Shown: positions 39,941 to 44,404 of the stretch, piece after piece
Numbering within the stretch: position 1 is the first letter of the stretch
Layout of the letters: each line of letters opens with the position of its first letter
Assembly (NCBI RefSeq): GCF_000150275.1
Contig: NW_002060951.1
Coordinates: 2,339,919 to 2,384,322 of the forward strand
Length of the DNA: 44,404 bases
Direction: 5' to 3'
From: Trichoplax adhaerens
Lineage: Eukaryota > Animalia > Placozoa
Translations under genes and position numbers: made by a program
Notes under the pieces: model-generated
What the model was told of the DNA's origin: nothing
What the model saw: the letters and a program-made list of their open reading frames with translations, nothing else
The model's database searches: none

Positions 39941-42725
39941 TCAGGCACGCCACCTTGGCACATGGCTACAATAATGGAGTCTGGCAGTGAAAATGGTACG
40001 TTGCTAACTATTAGGTTAATTAAATCGTAAATCGACATATTTCGACTTTGAGCATATTTCCAGTTTGATTTCTTCTGACTTTTCTAAATAGTCAAGCCTC
40101 GTCTTTTTCAGCTTACAACCGAAATAAAACACTTTGCAACAGTTCAGAATGCATGGTAGCTTGCAGGAGCTGGGCAGTGGGCAACGTGGCCGCGATCGGA
40201 TTCGAAAATTCGTGAACCACTGTACAATTAATTACAATTTATTATTGAAAAGTACAGTCTACATATACATATACATATGTATCTACAAAAAATCCGCGTA
40301 TGTTGTCATGTCGACAACTACATCGAGATAAAAGTGATGTTTTTGACCTAAATTTGTTAACATTTACTGTATTTGATATTAATATACAGTACTATACAAA
40401 TGATGCATCACACGACGAAGATTTTTGTTCTACTGTAGATTGATCCGATTACAATATACGGTACAAAATATATCCAAATCCTCTCTCATTGTAATAATAA
40501 TAATAATTATTAGTCTCAGAGATTTTTACAACAACGTAAAGATGTTGTAGCATTAATTAATAAGCATTTCAAGTTAAAAGTTTATAAATGGACCTCCAAT
40601 CGTTTACTCTGAGATCATCGCAACAACAACTGTAAAAGGTATGATTTATCTGCCAATATTGGCTACTGACGTAAACTCTTTCTTTGAAGTTGCATGAAGC
40701 AAATGATTAGTGTAAGCTATAATATATAATTTAAGGAGTCATGGATGTTCCACATGATGAAAATCACGACGGTCATCTGAACTTACAGTAAATGATGCAT
40801 AAATATCTGTAATCGGACCTGATGGGCATCGTGACTTCTTTTAAGTTAATCAGTGAAAATCATTTAGTATTCTATGGCAAGTTCGTGTTGATATTTATTA
40901 ACTCTTTTTGCTCAGCTGATAATAATAATCAGCAATTCTTCATTTTAGAAATAGCGTAAACTTTAAGCATTTCCGTTTTGTTACTGTAATCCACTGCTTG
41001 TCGCACAACATCGTTAATCTATTTAATCTTTTCCTTTATATCTATCTAGGCTTTCTCTGAGACCGCTCTCTATGAAATGGATGGCATATGCGTAGACATG
41101 CAGCATGCCAAGCTGTGAGTCTGCGTTGTGCATGACCCCTGAAGGAGCTTAAGATGTGTAAAATCACAAAAAATAGGATAATAAAATTTTTGATGATAAT
41201 GGAAATCGAATTAGTTTTATTTTACTCTGCAACAGCCTAAAGTGATTTAAAAAAAGCTCTTGATTCAAGGTAAGATTGGACTGAAATTGCTGAATGATAT
41301 GCTGTAGACATCATTGGATTCGGATAAGTGCAGAATCTATGAAGCTGTATGAACTAAACATAAATCTATGATACTTACTGATTAGTGTTATTGTTAACAA
41401 TGTCGCAAAGCGATGAGCGGCGGTAAACTACCGTTCTAATACAGGTACACTCCTGTCTGTATGCAATGTCATCATCTGTAACAAAATAAAGTCAAATACG
41501 AAGTTTTTTTCTTCGAAACGATGTAGTAGCCTGATTGACTTCATGAATTCGAATAAGCTTAGACCAGTGTTAATTGTTCATAATTAGTACAAGTGCACAC
41601 ACTGTAGGAAACCGTGAACCGCGTTTCAAAAATCCTCAAAACATGTTCCAAAACCATAAAACGCGTTTCCATTTTTGCAAATATACGCCTGGAACGCGAA
41701 CCACGTTTCATAAAATATCGTTGAACCACGCAACTTTGGCTTAAACATACATGACTCCCACTGGTGAGCGGGTGCAGAGTTAGAATTTTCTTTTACCTTT
41801 GATATGTGTAAGCAACTGGTAAGAGTAACTTTGGACAAGTAAGGATCATGACTTAAAAGTTTGATGTACAGTGATACTGAATATATACGCATATACGAAG
41901 ATTTTATAAAAATTACTTAATATTTACTATAATCTTAAAATACCTCTCTGATCATAATAATTGGGTACTTGACAGTTTATCTAATAACCTCATGTAGATT
42001 GAAGAAAAGAGGTCTGCTTTATGATTAACGTTTACAATACCAAACGTAATTTGTGAAGTAGCTACCGAATTATAACGCAGATTCATTTCTAGTGATAAAA
42101 ATAATCGTTATTATGCTATAACCTGCCCCTCTCTCTGAATAGGGCCAAAATTAACGATCTTTTAATATAAGTTGTATAATAACTAATCACGTTCAAGTCG
42201 TCAACATAGTAACTGATACATGTTCGTTCGACATCATTGGTATTAAAAATTTATTTAATATATAAAATGTATATATTTTACAAAAATCTAATAAAAACTT
42301 TAGTCTGTTGATGAAATACATATAAAAAGTGCGAATTTAAGTTAATAAATCCAGCATCGCATAGTATTATTCCTGCGATACATACGAGCATGAAAACAGA
42401 ATTTATTTGGTTAGTTCCTACTTCGCTATCATATTGTACACATATGAAAATATCACTTTTCATCCGAAAGTTTGAGTAATGGATTCTCGCTTATCTACAT
42501 TGTCAAAAAATATTTGTGACCAATACATCACTAATCTACTATACGTATTGTGCTTTTCAAAAATTTTTAATTCCAATCAGTAGTAATTTGCAGTACTGTG
42601 ATCTTATCTCTACTAACGTTAGCTTTGTAACAATAATTCATGAACAACTATAACATTTACATGGTACAAAATGTTGATGAACTCGTAAATTTAAAATAAC
42701 TGTGTTCAGAATAACCGTGAGATAT

Positions 42726-42855
42726 TCATTTCAGATTCGTTTTCTCGTCTCCTTCGTTTTCTGTGCTTTGTAGTAACCATTTTTCGCCGATACGCTGTTC
42801 GCTTTGCACATCACGTAGAATCATCATCGCAACCTTCCAAGCCATTTCGTCTTCA
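42726..42855 (-). CDS. AKAP10: AKAP10-like terminal exon (PKA-anchoring helix; stop = reverse complement of 42726-42728)
   Basis: ...tttttacagag|t gaa gac gaa atg gct tgg aag gtt gcg atg atg att cta cgt gat gtg... Confidence 0.7.
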
Positions 42856-44404
42856 CTCTGTAAAAACGAAGTGATTATTCGGTCTTAAATACTTGCAATT
42901 AGTAATTTTAAAACAGCAATGTCGAACGATTTCATATTAAAAATTTACAATCAGATTGCAATATTATAACCTGTTGGTCTGGTGCTCGAGTAATCTTTTG
43001 CATCGCCCGTGTTAATCGTGAACCTATCAAGAAATAAAGGCGTTAGCCGGCTATTGATGTAGATTAAAAAGTTTATTTCGAATAATTTAACATCCCCAAC
43101 CAGGTTTCTTCTTTAGCCCAGGTTCAGGCTCAGCTTCAGTGACAAATCTACCATACTCGTCAACATAACCAAAAGATAGAGGCCTCAAAGATAACAGTAG
43201 ACTTAGGACCAGAGAATAGCTAAAGGAAAGTAACTGATCAAAAATATACCTGTGAAGCGTAGCTTCTGCTGCAGATGGTTCAATTTTTGCAGAACCTTCC
43301 ACTGCATTATTCTTATTATTCTCTACCAAGTTCGGCGCAACGTCAGAAATATCAGCAACCCTACGTCCAATGGCTTGCAAACTAATTGCTTCCAGTTCCT
43401 CATCATCTTCGTCACTACCTTCCATTATAATCAATTTGACACCCGCTATGATATCACTCATTCGTTGTGATGAATTAACCAATTCCGATAAGTACTTGAA
43501 ATAAAGGCTACTATGCAAAAAGCTTGGTAAAAAAACCTTAAATAAAAGTGAAGATAAAATACTAGTAAGATGTAAATATTTAAAATATTAATAGTTACTT
43601 GATAATTCTGTAAATAAACTACATACCTCCTCAATCATGAAGTAAGTATATTTCTGAGGTGTTTTAAAACAATCTACTGTAGGCCCAGATTCCTGACAAA
43701 TGTTATTTTCTATTTCAAAGCGTACAATATCATCAATGCCAAGAGATTTCGTAGCTTGCAAAGAAAAATATCTGAAGAAAAATAAAGATAATATTATGGC
43801 TTCTCTTTCGAAGTGTTTCAGAAATTGGTGAGCCGCTGCACTTGAAATATGAACGCTTTTGCTTACTTATTATATATTATCATTGCATCATCTTGGGCTT
43901 CACTCGCACAGTACTTGCCAGTCTCTTTTGCCGTTACTAATTGCTGTCGAAAATTTTCCGATGTTTGCCAAAACTGTAGATAGTTTAAAGCATTTTCTTG
44001 CTCCATGAACTAGGCATACAAAATAAGAAAACAGCACAATATTCATTGGTGTGTTGTGTTAAACACATACAAATCCTTAAACTTTGAATAAGCTATTATC
44101 ATTATTTTATTTAAGATTACTCAATCAGCATATACCTCCATGAAGTAGAACATTGCCATCTCATTATATAATATGTCTGCAACGCTAATTCGCGTACTAG
44201 TTAATATATCTACTTGATAATTACTATACATTTCACTGCATAAAAAATATGGAAAAATCCTAATAATAAATATAGAGAAATATGCATTCAGTCTAGTGAA
44301 AGGATTTTGATAATTAAAATTTTAACTTTTAAATATAAATTAGAAGAGCAATAGTACTTCAATACATCACTATCATAAATACGTTTGTAATATACCGTTC
44401 CATT
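42726..44404 (-). CDS. AKAP10: A-kinase anchor protein 10 (D-AKAP2)-like, 3' portion. C-terminal RGS-like domain plus the PKA-binding amphipathic helix. Partial gene span; 5 coding exons in the window (44136-44235, 43867-44009, 43627-43771, 43250-43494, 42726-42855); the 5' end lies beyond the window.
   Basis: Minus-strand translation ...VDILTSTRISVADILYNEMAMFYFME|FMEQENALNYLQFWQTSENFRQQLVTAKETGKYCASEAQDDAMIIYN|KYFSLQATKSLGIDDIVRFEIENNICQESGPTVDCFKTPQKYTYFMIEE|YLSELVNSSQRMSDIIAGVKLIIMEGSDEDDEELEAISLQ...EPSAAEATLH|SEDEMAWKVAMMILRDVQSEQRIGEKWLLQSTENEGDEKTNLK*. The final helix resembles the D-AKAP2 PKA-binding motif as I recall it (QEELAWKIAKMIVSDVMQQ), and the upstream exons show the RGS-domain pattern. 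Phases are consistent when the terminal exon uses the second AG of a cagag tandem acceptor. Confidence 0.65.
43250..43494 (-). CDS. AKAP10: AKAP10-like penultimate exon (acidic linker)
   Basis: Acceptor tttcaag|tac tta tcg; donor cac ag|gtatat. The track ORF 43087..43518 is this exon read through into the intron. Confidence 0.6.
43627..43771 (-). CDS. AKAP10: AKAP10-like RGS-domain exon
   Basis: ttcttcag|a tat ttt...gag gag|gtatgt. Confidence 0.65.
43867..44009 (-). CDS. AKAP10: AKAP10-like RGS-domain exon
   Basis: gcctag|ttc atg gag caa...tat aat aa|gtaagc. Confidence 0.65.
44136..44235 (-). CDS. AKAP10: AKAP10-like RGS-domain exon (most 5' exon resolvable in the window)
   Basis: ttatgcag|t gaa atg tat...ttc atg gag|gtatat. 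Confidence 0.55.

Noticed and set aside
40134-40331. 65-aa ORF containing tatatatatatg-type sequence
   Set aside because: Spans a (TA/CATATA)n simple repeat. No coding signal.
43252-43470. 72-aa plus-strand ORF
   Set aside because: Antisense of the AKAP10-like penultimate exon.
1-44404. Prokaryotic-style reading of the window (operons, defence islands, CRISPR arrays)
   Set aside because: Coding information is split into short exons separated by GT-AG, GC-AG and U12 introns. The identifiable proteins (MVP, Mondo, AIP, AKAP10, L10K) are metazoan. There are no Shine-Dalgarno/operon structures and no CRISPR-like direct-repeat/spacer arrays. The periodic elements are a satellite and microsatellites.

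Overview
AT-rich (about one-third GC) nuclear genomic segment from a metazoan. MVP, AKAP10, Mondo, AIP and L10K homologues together with spliceosomal GT-AG introns rule out a prokaryotic or viral origin. The exact taxon cannot be determined from the sequence, although the compact AT-rich introns and N/Q-rich proteins would fit a flatworm-like invertebrate. I reconstructed eight compact multi-exon genes by hand from the six-frame track, in-frame splice-site tracing and remembered family signatures. Every model sums to a multiple of 3 with consistent intron phases. In window order they are: an AIP/XAP2-like TPR co-chaperone (+, 1302-3647, 4 exons); XBP1 (-, 6516-8536, 4 exons) with a 20-nt IRE1-type unconventional intron flanked by twin 7-nt-loop hairpins; major vault protein MVP (+, 10474-14336, 14 exons); a Mondo/MLXIP-ChREBP bHLH-ZIP factor (+, 16119-21906, 17 exons) containing a textbook U12-type intron; SPT4 (-, 24687-26563, 4 exons) with a GC-AG intron; a Leydig-cell-tumor-10kDa (C19orf53/L10K) homologue (+, 26935-27885, 3 exons) divergently paired with SPT4; a Tudor-like/PHD/MYND zinc-finger protein with a 1.5-kb Q/N/S-rich exon (+, 31635-37796, 8 exons); and the 3' part of an AKAP10 (D-AKAP2)-like RGS/PKA-anchoring gene (-, 42726 to beyond the window end). 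Non-genic content is dominated by two things. One is a higher-order satellite array at 1-1020. The other is striking tracts of a degenerate palindromic GTAC microsatellite (GTACTGTACAGTAC-type). These tracts sit within about 0.1-0.7 kb upstream of every gene start in the window and often again in first introns, and they generate most of the spurious ORFs in the supplied track. No prokaryotic-style system such as an operon, CRISPR array or defence island is present. The unusual content is eukaryotic: the promoter-associated GTAC tracts, the IRE1 intron, the U12 intron, duplicated Mondo exons, and a 32-bp palindrome and hairpin/T-run element of unknown function.
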